A stretch of DNA of 32,882 bases from a virus (taxonomy: Duplodnaviria; Heunggongvirae; Uroviricota; Caudoviricetes). The notes beneath the pieces were generated by a model that had not been told where the DNA came from, searched no databases, and was given only the letters and a program-made list of their open reading frames with translations. The position numbers and the translations under genes were made by a program. Below are positions 10,079-24,377 of the stretch, one piece after another; position 1 is the stretch's first letter; each line of letters opens with the position of its first letter. The stretch lies in the IMG/VR virus record IMGVR_UViG_2721755663_000004; one strand, given 5' to 3'.

Positions 10079-12636
10079 CGTCCACCTCCGGAGAACAGGC
10101 CACCATCACGCATCTGTGTCTGAATTTCATCACGGGCACCCTTGCGGGCCATGTCATACACCGCCTTCAGAGCAGCCGGACCTATCTGCCCGTTCGTGCC
10201 GTCGTTGTTAATCACCACATGGTTATTCTGCTCAAACGTCCCGGACGCCTGCGACCGGCTGTCTGCCATGCTGCCCGGTGTACCGACATAACCGCCGGTG
10301 GCATAGCCGCGCATCAGCCGGTAAAGATTCCCCACGCCAATCCGGCTGGTTGCCTCCTTCGTGAAGACAAACTCACCACGGTGAACAATCCCCGCTGGCT
10401 CATATTTGCCGCCGGTTCCCGTAAATCCTCCGGTTGCAAAATGGAATTTCACCGCAGCGGCCTGAATGGCTGTACCGCCTGACGCGGATGCGCCGCCACC
10501 AACAGCCCCGCCAATGGCGCTGCCGATACTCCCGACAATCCCCACCATTGCCTGCTTAAGCAGAATTTCTGTCATCATGGACAGCACGGAACGGGTGAAG
10601 CTGCGCCAGTTCTGCTCACTGCCGGTCAGCATCGCCGCCATATTCTGTGCAATACCATCAAAGGTCTGCGTGGCAGCACTTTTAACCTGCGACATACTGT
10701 CCGTGGCGCTCTCTTCCCACTCACTCCAGCCTGACCTGAGGCCTGCCATCCAGCTCCCGCGAAGCTGGTCTTCAGCTGCCCAGGTCTTTTTCTGCTCTGA
10801 CATGACGTTATTCAGCGCCAGAGGATTATCGCCATACTGTTCCTTCAGGCGCTGTTCCGTGGCTTCCCGCGCTGCCTGCCGGTCAGTCAGCCCCCGGTTT
10901 TTTGCATCAATGGCGGCCCGTTTTGCCCGTTGCTGCTGTGCGAATTTATCCGCCTGCTGTGCCAGCGCGTTCAGGCGCTCCTGATACGTGACCTTATCGC
11001 CAAGTACAGCCAGCTGGCGTTTGTACTCCAGCGTCTCATCTTTATGCGCCAGCAGGGATTTTTCCTGTGCGGACAGCTGGCGACGTTGTGCCGCCTCCTC
11101 CAGTACCGCGAACTGATTTTCCGCCTTCCACAAATCCCGGCGCTGCTGGCTGATTTTCTCATTCGCTCCGGCATGCTTCTCCAGCGTCCGGAGTTCTGCC
11201 TGAAGCGTCAGCAGGGCAGCATGAGCATTGTCTTCCTGACGATCGCCCGCAGACACCTTCACGCCGGACTGTTTCGGCTTTTTCAGCGTCGCTTCATAAT
11301 CCTTTTTCGCCGCCGCCATCAGCGTGTTGTAATCTGCCTGCAGGATTTTCCCGTCCTTCAGTGCCTTGTTCAGTTCTTCCTGACGGGCGGTATATTTCTC
11401 CAGCGGCGTCTGCAGCCGTTCGTAAGCCTTCTGCGCCTCTTCGGTATATTTCAGCCGTGACGCTTCGGTATCGCTCTGCTGCTGCGCATTTTTGTCCTGT
11501 TGAGTCTGCTGCTCAGCCTTCTTTCGGGCGGCTTCAAGCGCAAGACGGGCCTTTTCACGATCATCCCAGTAACGCGCCCGCGCTTCATCGTTAACAAAAT
11601 AATCATCCTTGCGCAGATTCCAGATGTCGTCTGCTTTCTTAAACGCAGCCTCTGCCTTAATCAGCATCTCCTGCGCGGTATCAGGACGACCAATATCCAG
11701 CACTGCATCCCACATGGATTTGAATGCCCGTGCAGTCCTGTCTGCCCAGGTCTCCAGCGTGCCCATGTTCTCTTTCAGGCGGCGGGTCTGGTCATCAAAC
11801 CCTTTCGTTGCGGCCTCGTTCGCTGCCTGCAATGCCCCGGCCTCATCGCCGGAACGCTGCAACTGAGCAACATACGCAATCTGCTCCGCCGTCACGTTAT
11901 GGAACTGGCGCGCCATCGCCGTCAGCCCCGACGTCGGGTCTGTGGTCAGCTTCCCGAAGGCTTCAGCGACCTTGTCCACCTCCACGCCGGATGCAGAGGA
12001 GAAACGCGCCACACTCTGGCTGATGGACGCAATCTGAGCCTCACCGCTTACCCCCGCCTTAACCAGTGCGCTGAGTGACTCGCTGGTCTGGTTAAACGTC
12101 AGCCCTGCCGCCTGCCCGGCTCTGGACAGGACCAGCATACGATCTGCCGTCAGTCCCGCCTGATTGCCGGAAAGGACCAGCGTTTTGTTGAAATCGGACA
12201 GGGTTGAGTTGCCCTGATACCAGGCATACGCCAGCGCTCCGGTCGCCACCGCCAGCGAGGTAGCCCCCACCATCGGCAGGGTGATCGCACCGGCAAGCCC
12301 CCGGAACATGGGGATCATCCCGCCGAAGGAGTCCTTCACCTGACCCCCCTGTTGCAGCAGGATCAGCCACGGACTTTGCCCGCCTGCAAGCTGCGTGGCC
12401 ACGTCAGTGAACTGCGCAGGCAGCATACGCATGGCGGCTTTATACTGCCCGACGGAAATTCCCGCTTTCTGTGCAGCCAGCGCCTGCCGGTTCATCGACT
12501 GTTCAACGACTGCCGCTGTTTTTTTCGCATCACTTTCCGTACCGGAAAAATGACGCCTGACTCTGGCCATCTGCTCGTCAAATCTGGCCGCATCCAGACT
12601 CAAATCAACGACCAGATCGCCTACCGGTTCAGCCAT
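10075..12636 (-). CDS. H: Tail tape measure protein H, 853 aa
   Basis: Same length as lambda gpH; MAEPVGDLVVDLSLDAARFDEQMARVRRHF...; long coiled-coil-like central part and Gly-rich C-terminus. Confidence 0.95.
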   Translation of the reverse strand: MAEPVGDLVVDLSLDAARFDEQMARVRRHFSGTESDAKKTAAVVEQSMNRQALAAQKAGISVGQYKAAMRMLPAQFTDVATQLAGGQSPWLILLQQGGQVKDSFGGMIPMFRGLAGAITLPMVGATSLAVATGALAYAWYQGNSTLSDFNKTLVLSGNQAGLTADRMLVLSRAGQAAGLTFNQTSESLSALVKAGVSGEAQIASISQSVARFSSASGVEVDKVAEAFGKLTTDPTSGLTAMARQFHNVTAEQIAYVAQLQRSGDEAGALQAANEAATKGFDDQTRRLKENMGTLETWADRTARAFKSMWDAVLDIGRPDTAQEMLIKAEAAFKKADDIWNLRKDDYFVNDEARARYWDDREKARLALEAARKKAEQQTQQDKNAQQQSDTEASRLKYTEEAQKAYERLQTPLEKYTARQEELNKALKDGKILQADYNTLMAAAKKDYEATLKKPKQSGVKVSAGDRQEDNAHAALLTLQAELRTLEKHAGANEKISQQRRDLWKAENQFAVLEEAAQRRQLSAQEKSLLAHKDETLEYKRQLAVLGDKVTYQERLNALAQQADKFAQQQRAKRAAIDAKNRGLTDRQAAREATEQRLKEQYGDNPLALNNVMSEQKKTWAAEDQLRGSWMAGLRSGWSEWEESATDSMSQVKSAATQTFDGIAQNMAAMLTGSEQNWRSFTRSVLSMMTEILLKQAMVGIVGSIGSAIGGAVGGGASASGGTAIQAAAVKFHFATGGFTGTGGKYEPAGIVHRGEFVFTKEATSRIGVGNLYRLMRGYATGGYVGTPGSMADSRSQASGTFEQNNHVVINNDGTNGQIGPAALKAVYDMARKGARDEIQTQMRDGGLFSGGGR

Positions 12637-13063
12637 ACCGGACTCCTCCTGCGATCCCTTCTGATACTGTCATCAGCATTACGTCATTCTCCGTCATGTC
12701 CGCCACATCCGGGGAAGCGGGGATAACTTCATTCCCGTCCGGACCAAAGCGGACGCCTCCGGCAAGCCCTGCCGCTTTCTGCATCAGCACATCATCTTCA
12801 GGCTCTTCGTCAGCCTCGCGCCGGTTCAGCAGACTGAAATCCAGCGGATGCATATCCGGATCGCTGAAAAACAGGCTGAGTACGGTGTACGTCAGCCCGG
12901 AAAAGTGCATATCCAGCAGAACATCATGAAAATAATGGGTACTGTAAAAGCGGTGCCAGTCGGCATACTCCGTGGATGACATCCCGGCAAGCATGGCGCG
13001 CCAGTCGGGTCGCCCCATCTCACGCGCCAGTTTCAGGGCAAAACTCAGCTCACCGTCGAACAC
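12629..13063 (-). CDS. T: T segment of tail assembly chaperone G-T (made only by -1 frameshift from G)
   Basis: -1 frame ORF continuing from the G slippery site to a stop at 12629; MFDGELSFALKLAREMGRPDWRAMLAGMSSTEYADWHRFYSTHYF... matches the T part of lambda gpGT. Confidence 0.8.
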   Translation of the reverse strand: MFDGELSFALKLAREMGRPDWRAMLAGMSSTEYADWHRFYSTHYFHDVLLDMHFSGLTYTVLSLFFSDPDMHPLDFSLLNRREADEEPEDDVLMQKAAGLAGGVRFGPDGNEVIPASPDVADMTENDVMLMTVSEGIAGGVRYG

Positions 13064-13467
13064 TTTCCCGCAGAAACAGGCTCTGCTGGCCCGGCGTCAT
13101 CTGCCTGTTCAGGTGCATCATTCACAACAAACTCAGACATACCGGACAGACGCATTACCATATTTTCAGCCTGAGCAATTGCCTCTGTGGGCCAGGTGGT
13201 AAGCACTTCCTGCTCAATTTGTTTAACGGCTTCATTCATGGACGGCATCTTTGTCTTCTGCGGATGGCTATGCCACAGAGACATCGCCACCAGAAAAGCA
13301 CCGGTTCTGACGAGATCTTCCACGCTCACCTGTCGATTGAGACTGGATCCCGCCTGTTCTGCCTGTCGTTTCAGCAGGGCGAGATGCTCAATTCGCTGCA
13401 GGGCTGACAGTTCAGAAAGCGTGACGCTCACACCGTTATATTCAAATGATTCGGTTTTCAGGAACAT
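13045..13467 (-). CDS. G: Tail assembly chaperone G, 140 aa
   Basis: MFLKTESFEYNGVSVTLSELSALQRIEHLALLKRQAEQAGSS... matches lambda gpG; ends ...SAGKCSTVS just after the slippery heptamer. Confidence 0.9.
   Translation of the reverse strand: MFLKTESFEYNGVSVTLSELSALQRIEHLALLKRQAEQAGSSLNRQVSVEDLVRTGAFLVAMSLWHSHPQKTKMPSMNEAVKQIEQEVLTTWPTEAIAQAENMVMRLSGMSEFVVNDAPEQADDAGPAEPVSAGKCSTVS
13063..13069 (-). other. Programmed -1 ribosomal frameshift site G GGA AAG (G to G-T)
   Basis: Plus-strand ctttccc at 13063-13069 is GGGAAAG on the minus strand, in G frame as G.GGA.AAG, 6 codons before the G stop; the -1 frame is open to 12629. Confidence 0.8.
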
Positions 13468-13482
13468 CGCTGACTCTCCGGA

Positions 13483-14223
13483 TTAACTGTCGGTGACGGT
13501 GATTTCTGCAACCACAGCAAGTTCACCATTACCGGATACAACCGGAATGTTGACCTTGCCTGCAGCAACACCTTTCACGGTGATGGTCATACCACTGACC
13601 GACACGGTGGCTTTTGTTTTATCCGCAGACACCGCACGGAAGCTCTTGTCGGTTGCGCCTTCCGGCTGGAATGCCACGGTCAGCGTGGTGCTCTGCCCTT
13701 TCACCACCGAAGTGCTGGCAGGCGTCACGGTCATGCCGGTTGCCGCTGTTACCGTGCTGCGATCTTCTGCCATCGACGGACGTCCCACGTTGGTGACTTT
13801 CACCGTGCGGGTGATCACTTCCTTCGCCGTCACCGCCTTACCGATACTGCTGACCCAGCCGCGGAACACATCGACCGTGCCGTTCGGGAAGCGGATTTTA
13901 TAGGCACGGGTATCCCCTTCATTAAACCACGCCAGCAGCGCCTGCTGCCCCTGCTCTCCGGGCATCCACGCCAGCGTGAAGCTGGTATCTCCGGCAGATT
14001 TCTGCCCCTGCCCGGTCGCAGTCCAGTCCGCATCTTCATCATCGAGATAGCTGTCGTCATAGGACTCAGCGGTCAGTTCGCCGGGCGTCAGGTCTTTAAC
14101 TTTAGCCAGACGCGACCAGTCAACGTCTGAAAGCGGGTTCGCATAAGGGTCACCGTTCCCCTTATAAACCCACAGTGTGGTCCCGGCCCCTTTCACCGGC
14201 ATTACTGGATTTGGTACAGGCAT
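13483..14223 (-). CDS. V: Major tail protein V, 246 aa from the MPVPNP start
   Basis: [49 protein letters not shown]... matches lambda gpV; C-terminal Ig-like domain. The track ORF extends 10 codons further upstream (14253). Confidence 0.9.
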   Translation of the reverse strand: MPVPNPVMPVKGAGTTLWVYKGNGDPYANPLSDVDWSRLAKVKDLTPGELTAESYDDSYLDDEDADWTATGQGQKSAGDTSFTLAWMPGEQGQQALLAWFNEGDTRAYKIRFPNGTVDVFRGWVSSIGKAVTAKEVITRTVKVTNVGRPSMAEDRSTVTAATGMTVTPASTSVVKGQSTTLTVAFQPEGATDKSFRAVSADKTKATVSVSGMTITVKGVAAGKVNIPVVSGNGELAVVAEITVTDS

Positions 14224-14230
14224 ATCGTCC

Positions 14231-14626
14231 TCACATTTCATAGGTAATGACATAAGTCAGATCGGCTGAACTCCACAGGCCCGCATCATCGTCGCGCCGG
14301 TAGTCATAGCCGCTGGCCACCATACTGGTGATCAAATCTGACAGTGCCGGGATATCGCTCATCACCGGATAAATCCGGGACTCCATCCACGAATCCAGCT
14401 CTGAATCCGGCACCTGAGCAGGCAGGAAAACTTCAATATGCAGCTCCGCCTGCCAGGTATCGCTGTCCAGCTCTTCGCCCGTGTATTCAGCGCCGGTGAG
14501 ATAAACGGCAATTGCCGGAAAATCCGCCTCATCAAAAACAGCGGGGCGACCATCAAAAAGCGTCGCCCCGGTGTCATGCTTCTCCAGTGCATCCAGTACG
14601 GCTGCACGGAGTTCAGTATGTTTCAT
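14231..14626 (-). CDS. U: Tail terminator protein U, 131 aa
   Basis: [52 protein letters not shown]... matches lambda gpU. Confidence 0.9.
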   Translation of the reverse strand: MKHTELRAAVLDALEKHDTGATLFDGRPAVFDEADFPAIAVYLTGAEYTGEELDSDTWQAELHIEVFLPAQVPDSELDSWMESRIYPVMSDIPALSDLITSMVASGYDYRRDDDAGLWSSADLTYVITYEM

Positions 14627-15201
14627 CGCTTTATTACCATTCTCAGTTGATGCTGCAGCGCATAGCCCAGCTCTTTCGGAAGACGTTCACGCCGTATCCG
14701 TTCAATATTCTGTTTAAACGCCGTGGTAAGCGGCACCGCCATCGGGATTTTCACCACATCAATGGGGTAACGGTTTTTCCCGGCCACACGCTGCATGACA
14801 TGCCACCGGCCATTTTTCAGTTGCTGAATAAACGCGCCGGGAATACGACGGTTTCCCACCACAAGCACGCTGCCGCCACCTTTCAGGGATGAACGCTGCC
14901 CCTTTTTACGACGTCTGCGGCGGGAAAGGACAACCCGCGCGTTACCCAGCTTGATTACGGGCAAATCCCCCCGGTTAACCCTGATTCTGGCCTGCGGATT
15001 TTTGACCGTGGCCCTTTTCAGCCTGGCCCTTTCCTTTACCAGTTTCCGGCGTACCTTTGTCTCACGGGCAACCTGTGCCACCGACTGCGATATCGCGGAT
15101 GAAGCAACGCGGTTAATGGCCATTGCGGCGGCACCGGGCACCGCCGTTCTGCTGATACGGCTGAGGTTTTCAACGGCCTGCTCAAGACCTTTTATGGCCA
15201 T
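14623..15201 (-). CDS. Z: Tail completion protein Z, 192 aa
   Basis: MAIKGLEQAVENLSRISRTAVPGAAAMAINRVASSAISQS... matches lambda gpZ; start overlaps the U region by 4 nt. Confidence 0.9.
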   Translation of the reverse strand: MAIKGLEQAVENLSRISRTAVPGAAAMAINRVASSAISQSVAQVARETKVRRKLVKERARLKRATVKNPQARIRVNRGDLPVIKLGNARVVLSRRRRRKKGQRSSLKGGGSVLVVGNRRIPGAFIQQLKNGRWHVMQRVAGKNRYPIDVVKIPMAVPLTTAFKQNIERIRRERLPKELGYALQHQLRMVIKR

Positions 15202-15212
15202 ACATCCCCCTT

Positions 15213-15566
15213 TCAGCGGCGACGGTTAACGGCAGGCGGTACGCCCCGCCCAAGCCAGAGATGACAGCTTCCGCCATCATCCGGCGAAATCCGGTCTATC
15301 CAGAAGTTTTCCTCACCGATGGTCAGCGTGTCGCCGCGCCGCAGCTGCCGCACATCATCAGTCCGGACAAACAGGGACGGGCTGGAGCCTTCAACGCGCA
15401 CGCCCTGTCCGGCATAGCTGATATTTTCAGGGTCATCAAAAACACCACGTATCACAGCACCGGACTGCTCACCGGATGTCATGGTGGCTGACGTTCCCAT
15501 GTACCCGCGTATCGTTTCATCGGCGCAGGCAATGGCAGCATCGAACAGGTTATCGAAATCAGCCAC
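15213..15566 (-). CDS. FII: Head-tail connector protein FII, 117 aa
   Basis: MADFDNLFDAAIACADETIRGYMGTSATMTSGEQSGAVIRGVFDDPENISYAG... matches lambda gpFII. Confidence 0.9.
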   Translation of the reverse strand: MADFDNLFDAAIACADETIRGYMGTSATMTSGEQSGAVIRGVFDDPENISYAGQGVRVEGSSPSLFVRTDDVRQLRRGDTLTIGEENFWIDRISPDDGGSCHLWLGRGVPPAVNRRR

Positions 15567-15577
15567 AGCGTCTCCCG

Positions 15578-15973
15578 TTATTGCATTCTGGCCAGGCCGC
15601 GCTCTGTCATTTCAGCTGCCACACCGGCAGAGACACGGAACGCCGTTCCCGGCAGCACAAATGCCACAGCCTCATCCCGCGTGGCGTGAAGTGCATCAGT
15701 ATGCAGCGTCACCAGTGCCACAACCGTGACCAGATCAGCCGTATCAGTCACGGTATCCGGCTGCGCTGATACAACCTCATTTTCATGTCCGGTCAGCACA
15801 TTTTCCGGGCTGAGAGGGGTATCCTGACCGGCAGTGTCGCCCGTGTCATCAAGCTCTTCTTCCAGCTCTGCCACACGGAGCGCCAGTTCTTCTTTCGTCC
15901 CCGTCAGGCTGATATCACGGTTCAGTTGTTCACCCAGCGAGCGGAGACGGGCAATCAGTTCATCTTTCGTCAT
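15578..15973 (-). CDS. FI: DNA packaging protein FI, 131 aa
   Basis: MTKDELIARLRSLGEQLNRDISLTGTKEELALRVAELEEELDD... matches lambda gpFI; ATG at 15971-15973 preceded by GGAGGAG; the track ORF starts 13 codons upstream. Confidence 0.85.
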   Translation of the reverse strand: MTKDELIARLRSLGEQLNRDISLTGTKEELALRVAELEEELDDTGDTAGQDTPLSPENVLTGHENEVVSAQPDTVTDTADLVTVVALVTLHTDALHATRDEAVAFVLPGTAFRVSAGVAAEMTERGLARMQ

Positions 15974-16014
15974 GGACTCCTCCACAGAGAAACAATGGCC
16001 CCGAAGGGCCATGA

Positions 16015-17040
16015 TTACGCCAGTTGAACGGACACGAACTCATCAGGATCAGCCAGCAGCATCAGCGGTGCTGACTGAATCATGGTGAACTCTCGCGCCG
16101 GATCGCCGGATGTCTTCCAGTTTTTCGGATAACGGGGAGACGCATTAATACCCTCACTCAATGCATCCGCATCCTGAATACAGCCATAGGTGCGCAGACC
16201 GCGTGCATGAGTGTTACCCAGCACCATCGTGTTGTCCGGCAGGAAGTTCTTTTTGACGCCGTTTTCCACGTACTGTCCGGAATACACGACGATGGCCACA
16301 TCGCCATACATTCCCTTATAGGACACCGCTTTGCCCAGGTCTTTTACCGCTGTCTCCAGCTCGGAATGAGAGCCGCGACGGGTATCCAGCTTCTCCTTGA
16401 CGGCTTTGAAGGAACGGAACAGCGCCCAGCCTTTCGGATCAAACACGATGATATTCACCACGCCGCTGGCGTTCAGCGCGTAGGCTTCGATATCGTCGGT
16501 CGGGTCATACGTGGACTTGTCACGCTTGCTCCACTCCGTGCCGCCGGACTGCGTGATGTTGTTCGCCGCACTGCGGCCCATATCCACCTCAACCGGATCG
16601 AAGGCTTCACCGGTCATGGTGTATTTGCCCTTAAGCACAGCAGAAACTGCCTGCATCTCTTCGACCTGAGCAATGGCCAGCTCTTCGTCTCGCATGTTCT
16701 GCATGATGATGCGACGGCGGCGGTAAGCCGGGTCCGCCAGATTCTGCGGATCTTCATCCGGCAGGCGACGCAGGGTCATCTGCGGATTCACCTCATGCTT
16801 GGGTTTGACATATCCCGGCGTAAATTCAGAGGTGGAGCCGCCACGGGAACGGATAACCTCACCGGAAACAATCGGCGAAACGTACAGCGCCATGTTTACC
16901 AGTCCCGGAATTTGTGAGAGATAGACTTTCTCCGTGGTGAAGGAATAGCTCTCACGGAAAAAGAGACGCAGAAACAGCGGATCAAACTTAAATTTCTGCT
17001 CATTTGCCGCCAGCAGCTGGGCGGTTGTGTACATCGACAT
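16015..17040 (-). CDS. E: Major capsid protein E, 341 aa
   Basis: MSMYTTAQLLAANEQKFKFDPLFLRLFFRESY... through ...DPDEFVSVQLA matches lambda gpE almost exactly; start set at MSMYTT (17038-17040). Confidence 0.95.
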   Translation of the reverse strand: MSMYTTAQLLAANEQKFKFDPLFLRLFFRESYSFTTEKVYLSQIPGLVNMALYVSPIVSGEVIRSRGGSTSEFTPGYVKPKHEVNPQMTLRRLPDEDPQNLADPAYRRRRIIMQNMRDEELAIAQVEEMQAVSAVLKGKYTMTGEAFDPVEVDMGRSAANNITQSGGTEWSKRDKSTYDPTDDIEAYALNASGVVNIIVFDPKGWALFRSFKAVKEKLDTRRGSHSELETAVKDLGKAVSYKGMYGDVAIVVYSGQYVENGVKKNFLPDNTMVLGNTHARGLRTYGCIQDADALSEGINASPRYPKNWKTSGDPAREFTMIQSAPLMLLADPDEFVSVQLA

Positions 17041-17095
17041 AAAAAAATCCCGTAAAAAAAGCCGCACAGGCGGCCTTTAGTGATGAAGGGTAAGG

Positions 17096-17428
17096 TTAAA
17101 CGATGCTGATTGCCGTTCCGGCAAACGCGGTCCGTTTTTTCGTCTCGTCGCTGGCAGCCTCCGGCCAGAGCACATCCTCATAACGGAACGTGCCGGACTT
17201 GTAGAACGTCAGCGTGGTGCTGGTCTGGTCAGCATCAACCGCCAGAATGCCAACGGCAGTACCGTCGGTGGTGCCATCCCACGCAACCAGCTTACGGGTG
17301 GAGGTGTCCAGCATCAGCGGGGTCATTGCAGGCGCTTTCGCACTCAATCCGCCGGGCGCGGTTGCGGTATGAGCCGGGTCACTGTTGCCCAGCGGCTGGT
17401 AATGGGTAAAGGTTTCTTTGCTCGTCAT
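17096..17428 (-). CDS. D: Capsid decoration protein D, 110 aa
   Basis: [43 protein letters not shown]... matches lambda gpD; start at MTSKE (17426-17428). Confidence 0.9.
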   Translation of the reverse strand: MTSKETFTHYQPLGNSDPAHTATAPGGLSAKAPAMTPLMLDTSTRKLVAWDGTTDGTAVGILAVDADQTSTTLTFYKSGTFRYEDVLWPEAASDETKKRTAFAGTAISIV

Positions 17429-17437
17429 AAACATCCC

Positions 17438-18043
17438 TTACACTGGTGTGTTCAGCAAATCGTTAACGGCATCAGATGCCGGGTTACCTGCAGCCAGTGG
17501 TGTCGGTGCCCCCTGCATCAGACGATCCAGCGCAGTGTCACTGCGCGCCTGTGCACTCTGTGGTGCAGCTGCCAGAATGCGGCGGGCCGTTTCCACGGTC
17601 ATACCGGGGGTTTCGGCCAGCACACGTGCCTGTTCTTCGCGTCCGTGAGCCTCCTCACAGTTGAGGATCCCCATAATGCGGCTGTTTTCTGCCGCAACCG
17701 CAGCGGTGATCTGCGCGTTCACGTCCGGCTGCGCCGCGCTGGCGTTTTCGCCCTCCGTCGCTTGCACCACGTCAGTAACGTCAGCCTGCGAAGCAGTGGC
17801 TGAAACAGTTGTTGATTGAGTCTCTTTGGTCATTCGCCCTCCTGAGAGACGGGATTTACGTGCATCCAGTGCATCACGCATAACGGTGATCGCATCGGTG
17901 CTGTTGACAAGTTCATCAGCCAGTCCGGCATCAATGGCCTCCTGACCGCTGTACACTGCAGCCTCGGTATCCAGCACAGCCTGCACGGACAGGCCGGTAT
18001 ATGCCGACACCTTCTGCGCAAACATCCGGCGGGTTGCATCCAT
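17438..18043 (-). CDS. Nu3: Scaffolding protein Nu3 (in-frame internal start within C), 201 aa
   Basis: In-frame ATG at 18041-18043 giving MDATRRMFAQKVSAYTGLSVQ..., the same nested arrangement and length as lambda Nu3. Confidence 0.6.
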   Translation of the reverse strand: MDATRRMFAQKVSAYTGLSVQAVLDTEAAVYSGQEAIDAGLADELVNSTDAITVMRDALDARKSRLSGGRMTKETQSTTVSATASQADVTDVVQATEGENASAAQPDVNAQITAAVAAENSRIMGILNCEEAHGREEQARVLAETPGMTVETARRILAAAPQSAQARSDTALDRLMQGAPTPLAAGNPASDAVNDLLNTPV

Positions 18044-18737
18044 CCGGGACTGCAGTGTCTCCCGGACATCACCCGGTAGATGGCTGTAGGGGTTGCCATC
18101 CACCTTATGGCTGCCGCTGTAAATCAGCGTGATTTCCACGCCCTGTTTCTCCAGCGCAGCGCCGTAATTACTGTGAGCCATCATGACGCCGATGGAGCCT
18201 GTCCGGGCGGTCTGCGTGACCAGACGCCGGGAGGCGGCGCTGGCAAGCAGCTGACCTGCACTGCAGTTCATGTCGTTGGCCAGCGCCCATACCGGCTTTA
18301 TGTCACGCACACGGGCGATGATGTCAGCACAGTCAAATGCTCCCGCCACCATCCCGCCCGGTGTGTCCATATCGAGCAGAATGCCGTCCACCATCGGATC
18401 GCTGGCAGCCTGTTGCAGACGAGCGATAATGCCGTTGTAACCGGTCATTCCCGAATACGGCTGCAGCGCCCGCGTCCGGCTGACCAGCGTACCGGACACC
18501 GGCAGCACGGCGATGCCGTTCATGACCTGATAACTGCGGGCCTGTCGTGGTCCGTCATCATCACCGGATAACGCCAGCGCCGCGGGTGCCTCTCCGGCAG
18601 TCAGGCTGTCGCCGGATACTGCATCCGTCAGGCGACTGATCCCAAGCTGGCCTGCAAGCGCACAAAAGAAAACCCGCGCATAGGCGGGTTCAAGCATCAG
18701 CGGCTCATTAAAAGCCATGCTGGCAATATGCGGGAGA

Positions 18738-18757
<20 letters not shown>
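17438..18757 (-). CDS. C: Capsid assembly protease C (S49/ClpP-like), about 439 aa, GTG start
   Basis: (V)TAELRNLPHIASMAFNEPLMLEPAYARVFFCALAGQLGIS... matches lambda gpC; GTG at 18755-18757 preceded by GAGGAGGAG; 20-bp overlap with the B 3' end as in lambda. Confidence 0.85.
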
Positions 18758-22438
<3,681 letters not shown>

Positions 22439-22464
<26 letters not shown>

Positions 22465-22984
22465 TCAGCAACCCCGGTATCAGTTCATCCAGCGCGGCTG
22501 CTTTGTTCATGGCTTTGATGATATCCCGTTTCAGGAAATCAACATGTCGGTTTTCCAGTTCCGGAAAACGCCGCTGCACCGACAGGGGGATCCCGTCGAG
22601 AATACTGGCAATTTCACCTGCGATCCGCGACAGCACGAAAGTACAGAATGCGGTTTCCACCACTTCAGCGGAGTCTCTGGCATTTTTCAGCTCCTGTGCG
22701 TCGGCCTGCGCACGCGTAAGTCGATGGCGTTCGTACTCAATAGTCCCTGGCTGGAGATCTGTCTCGCTGGCCTGCCGCAGTTCTTCAACTTCCCGGCGCA
22801 GCTTTTCGTTCTCAATTTCAGCATCCCTTTCGGCATACCATTTTATGACGGCGGCAGAATCATAAAGCACCTCATTACCCTTCCCACCACCCCGCAGAAC
22901 GGGCATTCCCTGCTCCTGCCAGTTCTGAATGGTACGGATACTCGCGCCGAAAATGTCAGCCAGCTGCTTTTTGTTGACTTCCAT
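22439..22984 (-). CDS. Nu1: Terminase small subunit Nu1, 181 aa
   Basis: MEVNKKQLADIFGASIRTIQNWQEQGMPVLRGGGKGNEVLYDSAAVIKWYAERDAEIENEKLRREVEEL... matches lambda Nu1 (winged-HTH N-terminus). Confidence 0.95.
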
Positions 22985-23200
22985 TGTTCATTCCACGGAC
23001 AAAAACAGAGAAAGGAAACGACAGAGGCCAAAAAGCCCGTTTTCAGCACCTGTCGTTTCCTTTCTTTTCAGGGGGTGTTTTAAATAAAAACATTAAGTTA
23101 CGACGAAGAAGAACGGAAACGCCTTAAACCGGGAAATTTTCATAAATAGCGAAAACCCGAGAGGTCGCCGCCCCGTAACCTGTCGGATCGCCGGAAAGGA
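22985..23200. other. cos packaging site (cosB, cosN, cosQ); cosN 12-nt cohesive-end sequence at 23162-23173
   Basis: Sequence upstream of the Nu1 start is the reverse complement of the lambda left end as I recall it; aggtcgccgccc at 23162-23173 is the reverse complement of GGGCGGCGACCT; lambda right-end-like sequence continues beyond. Confidence 0.8.
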
Positions 23201-23372
23201 CCCGCAAAATGATAATGATTATCATCTGCATGTCACAACGTGCATCTACGCCATCAAACCACGTCAAATAATCAATTATGACGCAGGTATCGTATTAATT
23301 GATCTGCATCAACTTAACGTAAAAACAACTTCAGACAATACAAATCAGCGACACTGAATACGGGGCAACCTC

Positions 23373-23606
23373 ATGTCAACGAAGAACAGAACCCGCAGAA
23401 CAACAACCCGCAACATCCGCTTTCCTAACCAAATGATTGAACAAATTAACATCGCTCTTGAGCAAAAAGGGTCCGGGAATTTCTCAGCCTGGGTCATTGA
23501 AGCCTGCCGCCGGAGACTGTGCTCAGAAAAAAGAGTTTCTCCTGAAGCAAACAAAGAAAAGAGTGACATTACTGAATTGCTCAGAAAACAGATCAGACCA
23601 GATTGA
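23373..23606 (+). CDS. ylcI: Small DUF3950-type protein (YlcI-like), 77 aa
   Basis: MSTKNRTRRTTTRNIRFPNQMIEQINIALEQKGSGNFSAWVIEACRRRL... matches my recollection of K-12 DLP12 YlcI and the ORF at the lambda right end; C-terminus differs. Confidence 0.6.
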   Translation: MSTKNRTRRTTTRNIRFPNQMIEQINIALEQKGSGNFSAWVIEACRRRLCSEKRVSPEANKEKSDITELLRKQIRPD

Positions 23607-23664
23607 AGCAATTTAGATAATCGTGCAGACTACGCCCCCCTCATATCACATGGAAGGTTTATCT

Positions 23665-24075
23665 ATGGATCAGGTAGTCATTTTTAAACAAATATTTGAT
23701 AAAGTTCGAAACGATTTAAACTATCAATGGTTTTATTCTGAGCTAAAACGTCACAATGTCTCACATTACATTTACTATTTAGCCACAGAGAATGTTCATA
23801 TTGTATTAAAAAATGATAATACAGTGTTATTAAAGGGCCTAAAAAACATTGTGTCTGTCAAATTTTCAAAGGATAGGCATCTTATAGAAACGACCTCTAA
23901 TAAGCTGAAATCCAGAGAGATCACATTTCAGGAATACAGAAGAAACCTTGCTAAAGCAGGAGTTTTTCGGTGGGTTACAAATATCCACGAACAAAAAAGA
24001 TATTACTATACCTTTGATAATTCATTACTCTTTACTGAAAACATACAGAGCACATCACAAATGTTTCCACACTAA
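23665..24075 (+). CDS. ybcV: DUF1398-family protein (YbcV-like), 136 aa
   Basis: [58 protein letters not shown]... resembles DLP12 YbcV; ATG at 23665; upstream in-frame ATGs at 23623 and 23650 are possible alternatives. Confidence 0.6.
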   Translation: MDQVVIFKQIFDKVRNDLNYQWFYSELKRHNVSHYIYYLATENVHIVLKNDNTVLLKGLKNIVSVKFSKDRHLIETTSNKLKSREITFQEYRRNLAKAGVFRWVTNIHEQKRYYYTFDNSLLFTENIQSTSQMFPH

Positions 24076-24377
24076 ACCATAACGTCCGGTTTCTTCTACC
24101 CCTGCACCGGACTGGCTGACATGAAGAGCAACCCCGCGTTCAGTTGACGCGTTAATAACCCGGTGTGCATCGTTTTTGATTATTCCCGCACACTCACGCA
24201 GAAGGAATTCCCCGTCGGGCTACGGTCATGGTTAATGCGGGAATACGGCGACGATACAGCGCATGATGTGTCAGGCTTGAATACCTTTATCCGTTAAAAG
24301 GGATATCAGTTAAGTTATCCCGTGCAGGGTATAAGCCATTATCAAGCCCCCCGTAGATAGGCTTTGTAATGACATCT

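Noticed and set aside
9817-10482. 221-aa plus-strand ORF spanning the M/H junction
   Set aside because: Antisense to the M and H genes, which match lambda; no RBS or recognisable motif.
16207-16917. 236-aa plus-strand ORF antisense to major capsid gene E
   Set aside because: E matches lambda gpE across the same interval; the antisense ORF is a frame artefact.
24296-24321. Hairpin GGGATA...TATCCC downstream of rha
   Set aside because: Only a 6-bp AT-containing stem and a 4-nt T-run on the minus strand; too weak to call a terminator.
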